Both the position numbers and the translations under genes were made by a program. Below are positions 11,155-19,867 of a stretch of 64,000 bases of DNA, piece by piece. Each line of letters begins with the position of its first letter. Within the stretch, counting starts at the first letter, position 1. Source of the DNA: Polyangiaceae bacterium UTPRO1 (GTDB lineage: Bacteria; Desulfobacterota; Binatia; UTPRO1); contig MWST01000035.1 in NCBI GenBank assembly GCA_002050235.1, positions 67,693 through 131,692 on the forward strand, given 5' to 3'. The notes beneath the pieces were generated by a model. The model saw only the letters and a list, made by a program, of their open reading frames with translations, was not told where the DNA came from and searched no databases.

Positions 11155-12125
11155 CGTCCGAGGCGTCGCGCCAGAGCCTTGGCGAAGTACGTGAGCACGA
11201 TGCCGGCGCCGGCGCGCACGATCGCCGTGTGAGACTCGAGCATGGCGCGCTCCTCGTCGAGCATGCCGGCGGCGGCCGCCGCCTTGATCATGGCGTACTC
11301 GCCGCTCACGGCGTACGCCGCGACGGGGACGTCGACTGCTTCCCGCACCCTCCGGATGACGTCGAGGTATGCAAGCGCCGGCTTGACCATGACGACATCG
11401 GCGCCCTCCTCGACGTCGAGCAGCACCTCACGGATCGCTTCCCGGCTATTGGCGGGGTCCATCTGATAGCCACGCCGGTCGCCGAAGCGGGGCGTCGACT
11501 GGGCGGCATCGCGAAAAGGCCCGTAGAAGGCCGATGCGTACTTGGCGGCGTACGCGATGATGCCGAGCTCGGAGAAGCCCGCGGCGTCGAGCGCGAAGCG
11601 GATGGCGCCGACGCGGCCGTCCATCATGTCCGAAGGGGCGACGAGATCGGCGCCGGCGCGGGCATGGGCCACCGCGGCTTTCGCGAGCAGATCGAGAGTC
11701 GGGTCGTTCTGCACCGCGCCGTCGGCGATGATCCCGCAATGGCCGTGATCGGTGTACTCGCAGAGGCACACGTCGGTGATCACCAGGAGATCGGGGACCG
11801 CCTGCTTGATCGCCGCGACGGCGCGCGGAACCGGACCGTCGTCCGCCCATGCTTCCGAGCCGTGGGGATCCTTGCGCTCGGGGATGCCGAAGAGGATCAC
11901 CGCCGGAATGCCGAGGTCGGCCGCCTCGCGACACTCCTCGACGACGCGATCGACCGACAATTGCGACACCCCCGGCATCGAGGCGATCGGCTCCACGACG
12001 CTGCTTCCGGGCACCACGAAGAGCGGCAGCACCAGTCCGTCGACACTCGGACGGGACTCCGCCACCAAGCGCCGCAAGGTCGCGGTGCGCCGCAGCCGCC
12101 GTGGGCGATGCGTGGGGAATCCCAT
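11151..12125 (-). CDS. hemB: porphobilinogen synthase (delta-aminolevulinate dehydratase)
   Basis: 324 aa. N-terminus [22 protein letters not shown], and the active-site lysine block [11 protein letters not shown]. Confidence 0.9.
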   Translation of the reverse strand: MGFPTHRPRRLRRTATLRRLVAESRPSVDGLVLPLFVVPGSSVVEPIASMPGVSQLSVDRVVEECREAADLGIPAVILFGIPERKDPHGSEAWADDGPVPRAVAAIKQAVPDLLVITDVCLCEYTDHGHCGIIADGAVQNDPTLDLLAKAAVAHARAGADLVAPSDMMDGRVGAIRFALDAAGFSELGIIAYAAKYASAFYGPFRDAAQSTPRFGDRRGYQMDPANSREAIREVLLDVEEGADVVMVKPALAYLDVIRRVREAVDVPVAAYAVSGEYAMIKAAAAAGMLDEERAMLESHTAIVRAGAGIVLTYFAKALARRLGR

Positions 12126-12279
12126 TGCTCACCGCGACGATAGGAGATCGGCGGTGCATTGACAATTGCGGCGTTCGATTGCTACCCAGCACCCCGGGTC
12201 TCGTGGCAAGCGCGGTATGTCCCTACCACCCGCCCGGCCGTCGCCGCGCCATCAACGGCAATACATCCCGGAGGTTCGA

Positions 12280-13155
12280 ATGTCGTCATCGATGTGGAAG
12301 TCCCTGGTAGCTATCCCCGTACTGGCGCTCGTCTGCGCCGCAGGTGCAGCCGCGGAGGTGTGCGGCGATGCCGACGGCAACGGCACCGTCACCGTCACCG
12401 ACGGCGTGCAGACGTTGCGCGCCGCCGCCAGCCTCAGCAGCACCTGCACCCCGGCGCGCTGCGACGTCGACGGCAGCGGCACGATCACGGTCAGCGACGG
12501 CGTGAACGTGCTGCGCAAAGCTGCCCATCTCCCCATCACCGAGGCGTGTCCGGGCACGAGCCTCGACGCCCAGGTCCAGGGGCTCCTGCAGGGCTCGCTC
12601 CCGCTCTTCGGCGCTCTCGTCAAGGGCTTCGGCGGCGGCGCTGCGGCGCGGGCCGCGGAAACGCTAGAGTGCGAGAACCCCGGCGGCACGTTCACCGTCG
12701 AAGACAGCGGCAGGATCTCGTTCCACCACTGCGTGATGGGCGGCGGACTCGAGTACGGCGGCTTCTCCATGCCGACGGCGAACGGCCTCGACTTCGACCT
12801 CACCTTCACCGAGGTAGCTACGGGCGAGTACACGTCGATGAGCGGCAGCTTCACGGAGACGGCGCACGAGAACGGCTCCGTCCTGAACGGCCACTTCGAC
12901 TTCTCCTCCTCCGCGAGCGGCCGCTTCCGCATCATCTTCGACGCGCTCGTCGTCTCCGATGATCCCAACGCCAGTTTCATCAGCGGCAGCCTCGAGTTCC
13001 AGGTCGAGGATCCGGCGTGGAGCGGCGTCACCAGTATCCGCCTCTCCTTCGACGGCAGCGAATGGGCGATGGTCGACGTACTTCTCGGCGACGACCAGTT
13101 CGTCGCCTTCCGATACAATCTCGTGACCGGCGAGCTGGAGTCCTTCTCGCACTAG
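12280..13155 (+). CDS. secreted protein: N-terminal dockerin-like module plus unknown ~220-aa domain
   Basis: GGAGG lies 5 nt upstream of ATG 12280. Signal peptide MSSSMWKSLVAIPVLALVCAAGAAA. Module at nt 12358-12552: VCGDADGNGTVTVTDGVQTLRAAA...CDVDGSGTITVSDGVNVLRKAA. Paralog of the next gene. Confidence 0.75.
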   Translation: MSSSMWKSLVAIPVLALVCAAGAAAEVCGDADGNGTVTVTDGVQTLRAAASLSSTCTPARCDVDGSGTITVSDGVNVLRKAAHLPITEACPGTSLDAQVQGLLQGSLPLFGALVKGFGGGAAARAAETLECENPGGTFTVEDSGRISFHHCVMGGGLEYGGFSMPTANGLDFDLTFTEVATGEYTSMSGSFTETAHENGSVLNGHFDFSSSASGRFRIIFDALVVSDDPNASFISGSLEFQVEDPAWSGVTSIRLSFDGSEWAMVDVLLGDDQFVAFRYNLVTGELESFSH

Positions 13156-13170
13156 CGTCCGGACACGATC

Positions 13171-14052
13171 ATGGCGTTGCAGGCCATGCGCAACTTGGCC
13201 CTCCAGGCGCTGCTCGCCGCCGCCCTCGCCGGGTCGGCGGCGGGCGGCGCCGCCGTCTGCGGCGACGCGACCGGCGACGGCGCGGTCACGGTGACCGACG
13301 GCGTGCAGGCGCTCCGTGCTGCAGCCGGCCTCTCGACCACGTGCGACGACGGCTGCGACTTCGACGGCAACGGCACCATCACGGTGAGCGACGGTGTCAA
13401 CATCCTGCGCAAAGCAGCCGGAATCTCCGTCGTCGACGCCTGCGACTTCACGGGTGCGGAGGCCAACGGCGTCGTGAGCCCGGCGCTCCCCGTCTTCGGG
13501 GCGCTCACCAAGGTCCCCGGCGTCAGCTCGCAGGCGTCGCTAGCAGCGGGCACGTGCGACAACGACGGCACGATCACGACCGTCGGCGCCGGCAGCTCGA
13601 GCATCATCACGTTCTCCGATTGCCGACTCGGCAACGCCATCGTCGACGGCACCATCGGCCGCGTCGTCCTCGGCTCCGGTCTGGCGCTCGGGCTCGATGC
13701 CCTCAAGCTGCGGCGCGTGCGCGGCGGAGAAACGCTGACCTTGAACGGCACGCTCGGCGTCGGCGACATGCAGGGCGCCGCCAAGCTGATCGACGGCACC
13801 CTGGAGGCCGACTCGCCGCAGCGCGGCGCCTTCACGATCGCCTTCGAGCATATCGTCCTCGCCGGCGACGGCGCGGCCCGCCAGGGCTCGCTGATCTTCG
13901 ACCTGCCGGCGACGGCGGCGGGATCGATCGCGCGCATCCAGATCGACTTCGCGAACGCCGAGCGCCCGCCCGCGATCGTCACCCTGCGCACCCAACGGAT
14001 CGTCCGGTTCCTGCTCGACCGCAACACCGGCCTGCTGCATCGAGCCGCCTGA
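13171..14052 (+). CDS. secreted protein: N-terminal dockerin-like module plus unknown ~220-aa domain (paralog)
   Basis: Signal peptide MALQAMRNLALQALLAAALAGSAAGGAA. Module at nt 13255-13447: VCGDATGDGAVTVTDGVQALRAAA...CDFDGNGTITVSDGVNILRKAA. Shares LP(L/V)FGAL and a similar C-terminal end with the 12280 gene. Confidence 0.75.
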   Translation: MALQAMRNLALQALLAAALAGSAAGGAAVCGDATGDGAVTVTDGVQALRAAAGLSTTCDDGCDFDGNGTITVSDGVNILRKAAGISVVDACDFTGAEANGVVSPALPVFGALTKVPGVSSQASLAAGTCDNDGTITTVGAGSSSIITFSDCRLGNAIVDGTIGRVVLGSGLALGLDALKLRRVRGGETLTLNGTLGVGDMQGAAKLIDGTLEADSPQRGAFTIAFEHIVLAGDGAARQGSLIFDLPATAAGSIARIQIDFANAERPPAIVTLRTQRIVRFLLDRNTGLLHRAA

Positions 14053-16748
14053 AGCGCGGGGTCGCAGCGCTGGCGGCGCTGCTGACGCTGACGGCGGTCG
14101 GCAGCGCCAACGCCGCGCTCTGCGGCGACGCCGACGGCGACGGCGCCGTCACGGTGACCGACGCCGTCCGCATCCTGCGCGCGGCGGTCGGTCTGGGCGC
14201 CTGCGTAGCCGCGTGCGATCTCGACGCCGACGGCAGCCTCACCGTCACCGACGGCGTACTGGCGCTGCGCCGCGCCGCCGCCTTGCCGATCGCCGACGCC
14301 TGCCGCTCGGGAACGATCGCCGGACGGCTGCTCGTGCCCCCGGCGAGCGCTGCCGCGCACGTCGAACACGAGCCCAACGACGGCCCCGGCACGGCCGCGG
14401 TCGCGGGCCGGATCGCACCCGGCGACGCGCAGCGGCTCGTCGGCGCGATAGCGGCGGACGACCCGTACGATGCCTGGAGGTTCGTCGCCGCCGGCGCGCT
14501 CGAAATCGAGTTGACGCTCGCCTTTCCCGCCGCCCCCGGCACCGATCTCGACCTGCTGATCGACGCCGGACCGCGCGGGAGCGCGACCTGCGAAAGCGCC
14601 TTCCCCGGCCGCGAGCGCTGCCGCGTCGCGATCACTAGCGCCGAGCCGGCCGCTTTCGACCTCGTCGTCACCGCCGCGGCCGGCTCCCGGCCGTCGCCCT
14701 ACGTACTCGACGTCAGCGCTTCCTCCTCCGGCATCGCGGCGCCCGGCGTGACCGCGCTCCGCGGCGCCGGGGCACCGATCGACATCGAGCCCGAGGTCTA
14801 CCGCGGCGACACGGCGCCGATCGTGATCGGCGAGATCGTCGCGCGTCTGGAGCCGGAAGCGACCGCAGGAAGATCGCCTGCGACTGCGCGCGCGCTCGCG
14901 GCCGTCGCTGACATCGGTCTGCGCGAGCCGATGGCCACGGTGCTCGCGGCCCCGGACGGCACGGTGGTGATGATGCTGCCGACGCTGCGTGCGAGCACGG
15001 CGGCGCGCGGACGCGGTGCCGCTGCCGGACTCGCGGCCAAGCGCGCGCGCGCGGCGGCGCGGGCGCGCACCCGCGCCGCCGCTGCCGCGCTCGCCGCCGC
15101 TCCCGACGTCCTCTTCGCCGCGCCCAACCGCCTGGCGCGTGCGGCGCGGATCCCGCGCGACCCGCTCTATCCACGCCAGTGGCACTACGCCGCGATCGGA
15201 TTGCCGAGCGCCTGGGACGTTACCATCGGCAGCCCTGCCACCGTGGTAGCGGTCGTCGACACCGGCATCCGCAGCGACCACCCGGACCTCGCCGGCCGCC
15301 TCGTTCCCGGCTTCGACTTCATCAGCAGCGCCCAGCGCGCCAACGACGGCGACGGCATCGATCCCGATCCCTTCGACCCTGGCGACCAGCCCGACCGCGA
15401 CGACGGCGGCACGTTCCACGGCACGCACGTCGCCGGCACCATCGCCGCGGCCAGCAACGATACGCTCGGCGTCGCCGGGGTCACCTGGCGGACCTCGATC
15501 ATGCCGTTGCGCGCGCTCGGTATCGGCGGCGGCACGCTCTTCGACATCGCCCAGGCAATCCGGTTCGCGGCCGGTCTCCCCAACGTATCGGGCGTGCTGC
15601 CGGCGATCCCGGCCCGGATCCTCAACCTGAGCCTCACGACGAGCAACGACGACCCGGTCCTGCGCAGCGCCATCGACGCAGCGACGGCCGCGGGGCTGCT
15701 GGTCGTCGCGGCGGCCGGGAACACCGGCGGGCGGGCTACGCTGGTGCCCGCGTCGTATCCGAACGTCATGAGCGTCGCCGCCACCGACCGCCTCGGAGCA
15801 CCAGCGCGCTACTCGACCGCCGGACCCGGCGTCGATCTCGCCGCGCCCGGCGGCGACACGCACCGCGACCGCGACGCCGACGGCTTCGTCGACGGCGTGC
15901 TCAGCACGCGCCTGCCCGGCGTCGAGGACTACGGGCTCCTGCAAGGCACGTCGATGGCGAGTGCGCACGTAAGCGGCGTCGCCGCGCTCCTGCTCGGCGT
16001 CCCCGGCGGCGCCTCGGCGTCGCGCCTGCGCGAGGTCCTGCTCGCAACGGCCGATGATCGGGGCGCTCCGGGACGCGACGATCGCTATGGGGCCGGCATC
16101 GTCGACGCGGCGCGCGCCGTCCGCCTGCTGGGCGGCATCGCGCCCCCGGCCGAGCCCACCCTCACCATTGCCGCGTCGACGGTCCGTATCGCTGCCGACG
16201 AAAGCGTCCTGCAGGTGCCGTTTGCGAATGCGGGCGGCGGCGACCTGGCCTTCGCTCCACCCGTCGTGGCGACGGACGACGGCGAACGCTGGCTCGCCGC
16301 CGCCATCACCGGCGGAGCGCTGCGCCTCGAGGTCGACCGTGACGGCCTCGTCGGAGGATCCCATACCGGACGCGTCGATCTCGCCTCGACCGGCGGCGCC
16401 GCGGCGCTCACGGTGGTCGCCGAGGTCGCAGCGGCGCCGCCCGCCGACATCGGCCCGGTGACGATCCTCCTGCGCGACGCCGCGACCGGGGTGATCCTCG
16501 CCACGACCACGGCCGTCGCCGCCGGCTACTACCGATATCGCTTCACCGGCGTCGCACCGGGACGATACGAGATCATCGCCACCACCGATCGCGACGGCGA
16601 CGGCGCTATTTGCGACGTCGGCGAGGCCTGCGGCGCCTATCCGGACCGCAACGCCCCCGATCCGGTCACGGTCGCTGCCGGCGACATCGTCGGCGCCCGC
16701 GACTTCGCGCTGCAACTAGTCGTCAGTACGGCAGAAAACGCGCCCTGA
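14049..16748 (+). CDS. secreted S8 subtilisin-family serine protease with N-terminal dockerin-like module and PPC-like domain
   Basis: Catalytic triad blocks VVAVVDTGI, HGTHVAGTIAA and GTSMASAHVSGVAALL. Dockerin-like module at nt 14118-14310. The start is uncertain. The signal peptide (L)KRGVAALAALLTLTAVGSANA begins at a CTG (14049), with no in-frame ATG/GTG/TTG nearby. The track ORF 13017..16748 is a shadow extension. Confidence 0.8.
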   Translation: MKRGVAALAALLTLTAVGSANAALCGDADGDGAVTVTDAVRILRAAVGLGACVAACDLDADGSLTVTDGVLALRRAAALPIADACRSGTIAGRLLVPPASAAAHVEHEPNDGPGTAAVAGRIAPGDAQRLVGAIAADDPYDAWRFVAAGALEIELTLAFPAAPGTDLDLLIDAGPRGSATCESAFPGRERCRVAITSAEPAAFDLVVTAAAGSRPSPYVLDVSASSSGIAAPGVTALRGAGAPIDIEPEVYRGDTAPIVIGEIVARLEPEATAGRSPATARALAAVADIGLREPMATVLAAPDGTVVMMLPTLRASTAARGRGAAAGLAAKRARAAARARTRAAAAALAAAPDVLFAAPNRLARAARIPRDPLYPRQWHYAAIGLPSAWDVTIGSPATVVAVVDTGIRSDHPDLAGRLVPGFDFISSAQRANDGDGIDPDPFDPGDQPDRDDGGTFHGTHVAGTIAAASNDTLGVAGVTWRTSIMPLRALGIGGGTLFDIAQAIRFAAGLPNVSGVLPAIPARILNLSLTTSNDDPVLRSAIDAATAAGLLVVAAAGNTGGRATLVPASYPNVMSVAATDRLGAPARYSTAGPGVDLAAPGGDTHRDRDADGFVDGVLSTRLPGVEDYGLLQGTSMASAHVSGVAALLLGVPGGASASRLREVLLATADDRGAPGRDDRYGAGIVDAARAVRLLGGIAPPAEPTLTIAASTVRIAADESVLQVPFANAGGGDLAFAPPVVATDDGERWLAAAITGGALRLEVDRDGLVGGSHTGRVDLASTGGAAALTVVAEVAAAPPADIGPVTILLRDAATGVILATTTAVAAGYYRYRFTGVAPGRYEIIATTDRDGDGAICDVGEACGAYPDRNAPDPVTVAAGDIVGARDFALQLVVSTAENAP

Positions 16749-16773
16749 CAGGGGGCACCCGCGCCGCGGGCAG

Positions 16774-16801
16774 CTTGACCATGCTTCGAGCCTTCTGTTA
16801 A
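16774..16801 (+). promoter_or_regulatory. candidate sigma70-type promoter for the lipoprotein gene
   Basis: TTGACC (16774-16779), a 16-nt spacer, then GTTAAT (16796-16801), about 90 nt upstream of ATG 16892. A local low-GC patch in a high-GC intergenic region. Confidence 0.3.
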
Positions 16802-16891
16802 TGCGACGGCCTTACGCGCTCGGGATGCGAGCGCACGAGGGTCGCAGGAGCCGCGCTCACGGCCACTGTACACGGAGGAGGAACGATCACG

Positions 16892-17458
16892 ATGAAATAC
16901 ACGCTCAAGTCTGGACTCACGATCGGGATGATGGTGGCGGCGCTCGCCTTGACCGGCGGCTGCGGCGACAACGACAACAACCACAACGACAACGGCCATG
17001 CGCAGCCGACGCGCACGGCGACGCCGAAGCCGGGCGTGACACCGACGGCGGTGGCACCGACGGTAACGCCGGCGACCGAGCCGACGTCGACGCCGAGCGG
17101 CACCACCGAGCACACGGTCACTTTCGACTTCACCGCTGCGCACGGCATCCAGGCCTTCCAGGTGCGCGTCGCGTATCCGAAGGAGAAGGGCAGCTTCGCC
17201 GGCGCGGCCGATCAGGTCGAGTGCACTGTGGACGGCGGCGGCGGCATCTTCACCAAGAATCACAACGACGCGGCCGGAACCCTGACGTTGAGCGTAGCGA
17301 ACACGTCGGACCTCACCTTCCCGATCAATATCCAGTGCACCTTCGAGGCGACGGCCGCGATCTCGGCGGACGACCTCGATGTGACGGTGCAGGAAGTGAC
17401 GCAGAACAACGCTCCCGGCAACGTCGCCGACCTGAGCGTCGGCAAGTCGGTCTCGTAG
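16892..17458 (+). CDS. lipoprotein with Thr/Pro-rich linker and C-terminal beta-rich (possibly cohesin-like) domain
   Basis: GGAGGAGG upstream of the ATG. Lipobox LALTGGC. Linker PTRTATPKPGVTPTAVAPTVTPATEPTSTPSGTT. The ~115-aa domain contains GIQAFQVRVAYP. The cohesin assignment is inference only. Confidence 0.7.
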   Translation: MKYTLKSGLTIGMMVAALALTGGCGDNDNNHNDNGHAQPTRTATPKPGVTPTAVAPTVTPATEPTSTPSGTTEHTVTFDFTAAHGIQAFQVRVAYPKEKGSFAGAADQVECTVDGGGGIFTKNHNDAAGTLTLSVANTSDLTFPINIQCTFEATAAISADDLDVTVQEVTQNNAPGNVADLSVGKSVS

Positions 17459-17486
17459 TAGGCGCCGAGTCCTCGGCGCAGCGGCC

Positions 17487-17518
17487 GGCGGGCGGCGTGG
17501 ACATCCACGCCGCCCGCC
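17487..17518. terminator. bidirectional intrinsic-terminator-like hairpin between convergent genes
   Basis: Perfect 14-bp GC-rich stem ggcgggcggcgtgg / ccacgccgcccgcc with a 4-nt loop (acat), followed by gccgTTTcc. It lies between the stops at 17458 (+) and 17544 (-). Confidence 0.55.
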
Positions 17519-17543
17519 GCCGTTTCCGCTCCCCGCGAGGAGC

Positions 17544-18941
17544 TCAGAAGGTCTTTTCGAATCCCAGCGTCGGGATGAAATCGGCGCGCAGACCATCCTG
17601 GTTGAGCGGCACCAGGAAGTTCAGGAAGAGGATGCCCTGCTCGCCCACCGCGAAGCGGGCGCCGACGGCGAGATCGAGGACGTCGTTGCGCTTGATGTCG
17701 ACGAAGATCGGCCGACCCTTGAAGTTCTGGTCCTCGTTGACGGGATTGCCGTACTCGTCGACGCCGTCGATCTCGCTGAGCGGCTGCACGAGCGTCGGCA
17801 CGCCGCCGATTCGGCGCACGGCCGGCAGCCGACCCGTGTTCGGGATCCGCCCCTGGGAGCCGAACTCGCTGCGGCCGATGAAATCGACCGTCACCGCGAG
17901 CGCATTCGTCGCCTGCGCGGTGAAGCCGGCGGCATAGCGCGCCTGGCTGCGGTCGATCGTGTTGACGTTGAACTGCACGCCGCCTTGGGCGTGGAACTCG
18001 AGGAAGTCGAGCACGTCCTTGGAGGCTACGAGCGAAGTCTGCAGCCGGGTGTCGCCCGTCCCCTGGAAGTTCTCCTTCTTGCCGGTGGGCAGGGAGAGGT
18101 CGAGGAGCGCCGCCATGCTGACGGGCCGCCGCAGCGGCGCATATTTCGCGCGCAGGTGGATGTCGCCGATGCCGAGCTTGTCGTCGCGGTCGGCCGTGGG
18201 ATCGAGAACGGTGAACGAGCCCGCCACGCCGTTCACCACCGCGGCTTGATCGCCCAAGCCCGAGCGGAAGAGCGTATCGCAGTCGGCCGAGACGCCGAGG
18301 CAGCGCGGATCCGGCAGACGCTCCACCAGCGAGCTGCGGGCGTAGGTATAGAGCACCGGGATGTCGATGTTCACATCGAGGTCGTCGAGCACGCCGTAGG
18401 TGAAGCTGAAGTCCCAGAGCTGGGTCTCGAGATCGAGATGCAGGTTCAGCTCGTCGCCGATCAGCGCCTCGTTGACCCCGTTGTTGTCGAGGTCGGCAGT
18501 CCGCGACGGCCCGAAGAACCCGATCTTGCCGGTCTCGGGAACATAGGCGACCTCGGCGCGATTGCGCAGCTTGTCGATGTTCCTGCCGTTGAACTCGTCG
18601 AACCGGATCCAACTGTAGGATGCGTTCAGGTTGAACTTGTTGCGTCCGAGCGTCACGGCGCGCTCGGAGAAGAGCGGTCCGAACGTCTTCGCCGACCGCT
18701 CCAGCACCTCGAGCTCGGGATTCCACTCGTAGGTATAGCCCGCCGAGGTAGAGAGGGTCGGGATCTGGTTCGCGACCTGCGTCGAGATGGCGGTCGAGAG
18801 CGGCATGATCGCAGCCTCGAGGAAGGTCCCTCGGGCCGACGGCGGAACGAGCGTACGCTGCAGAGTCCGGGCCGCCGCCGGGGTCGCCGCTCCCACCATG
18901 CCCGCCACCGCGAGCGCCGCCACCGAAAATGCCAACCGCAT
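17544..18941 (-). CDS. outer-membrane beta-barrel protein
   Basis: Internal ATG (18939-18941) gives signal peptide MRLAFSVAALAVAGMVGAATPAAA. Alternating beta-strand pattern, with the C-terminus ending LGFEKTF (terminal Phe). Confidence 0.7.
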   Translation of the reverse strand: MRLAFSVAALAVAGMVGAATPAAARTLQRTLVPPSARGTFLEAAIMPLSTAISTQVANQIPTLSTSAGYTYEWNPELEVLERSAKTFGPLFSERAVTLGRNKFNLNASYSWIRFDEFNGRNIDKLRNRAEVAYVPETGKIGFFGPSRTADLDNNGVNEALIGDELNLHLDLETQLWDFSFTYGVLDDLDVNIDIPVLYTYARSSLVERLPDPRCLGVSADCDTLFRSGLGDQAAVVNGVAGSFTVLDPTADRDDKLGIGDIHLRAKYAPLRRPVSMAALLDLSLPTGKKENFQGTGDTRLQTSLVASKDVLDFLEFHAQGGVQFNVNTIDRSQARYAAGFTAQATNALAVTVDFIGRSEFGSQGRIPNTGRLPAVRRIGGVPTLVQPLSEIDGVDEYGNPVNEDQNFKGRPIFVDIKRNDVLDLAVGARFAVGEQGILFLNFLVPLNQDGLRADFIPTLGFEKTF

Positions 18942-19120
18942 GATCCACCCCCCTGCGCGGCGCGGCATGGCCGCCGCCGGCGATCGTTCTACGCCGTCGG
19001 CCGATACCAAAGCCGAAAGCGCGAGGTCAAGCGCCACACGAGGTGCTTGTCGGCGATCGACCCGGTGCCGTTCCGCAGTTGTAAACCCGCAGCTTTCCTT
19101 GCTACGGTCGACGACGCTTC

Positions 19121-19867
19121 ATGAAGATCAGGGGGGCAGCGCGCACCGATCGGGGTCGGGTGCGGCGCGAGAATCAGGACCACTTCGGACTCGCCGCGGA
19201 CCGCGGCCTCGGCTTCGTCGCCGACGGCATGGGAGGACACGCCGGCGGCAGGCGGGCCAGCGAAGAAGCAGTGCGGGTGATCACGGAATCACTCGCCGCG
19301 GACACACCCGGCGGCGCGGACGGCAGTGGACGCCTCCGCCAGGCCATCGAGGAAGCCAACCGCCGCATCTGGGCGCTGCCGCAGTCGGAGCCGGCGCTCC
19401 ACGGCCTCGGGACCACGATAGCCGCCATGCTGATCGAAGGCGGCGTCGGCCACGTCGCCCACGTCGGTGATTCGCGCGTCTACCGCATCCGCAACGGCGC
19501 CATCGAAGCGCTGACGCGCGACCACTCCTATCTGAACGACCTCGCCGCCCGCGGCGTCGAGCTCACCGACCCCGCCGCGCGCGCGCGCTACGAGAGCGTG
19601 CTCACGCGGGCGATCGGCGTCGCCCCGACCGTCGACGTCGACGTGTCCTCTCGTCCGGTCACCCCCGGCGATACCTTCCTTCTCTGTTCGGACGGCGTCT
19701 ACCGCGTCCTCGCTCCCGAGCGGCTCGCGGAGATCGTCGCCGAGGGCGGCGACGATCTCGACGCCATCTGTGCCACCGTCATCGCGCGCACGAACGACGG
19801 CGGCGGTCCGGACAACTGCACCGTCGTCGTGTTGCGCGTCGATCCGGACGGCGCAGGCTCCTCGTGA
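19121..19867 (+). CDS. PP2C-family Ser/Thr protein phosphatase
   Basis: Motifs RTDRGRVRRENQD, ADGMGGHAGG, LCSDGV and GGPDNCTVVV. Confidence 0.85.
   Translation: MKIRGAARTDRGRVRRENQDHFGLAADRGLGFVADGMGGHAGGRRASEEAVRVITESLAADTPGGADGSGRLRQAIEEANRRIWALPQSEPALHGLGTTIAAMLIEGGVGHVAHVGDSRVYRIRNGAIEALTRDHSYLNDLAARGVELTDPAARARYESVLTRAIGVAPTVDVDVSSRPVTPGDTFLLCSDGVYRVLAPERLAEIVAEGGDDLDAICATVIARTNDGGGPDNCTVVVLRVDPDGAGSS

Noticed and set aside
12266-12282. GGTTCGAA string, reminiscent of a tRNA T-arm
   Set aside because: It is part of the ribosome-binding region (GGAGGTTCGAATG) of the 12280 gene. No acceptor or anticodon stems can be drawn, and I found no tRNA elsewhere in the window.
13152-16715. 1187-aa minus-strand ORF antisense to the S8 protease and dockerin genes, and the 13017 start of the plus-strand ORF
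   Set aside because: Low-complexity Arg/Gly/Ala composition with no motifs, which is typical of open shadow frames at ~70% GC. The sense frame carries a complete S8 catalytic triad.
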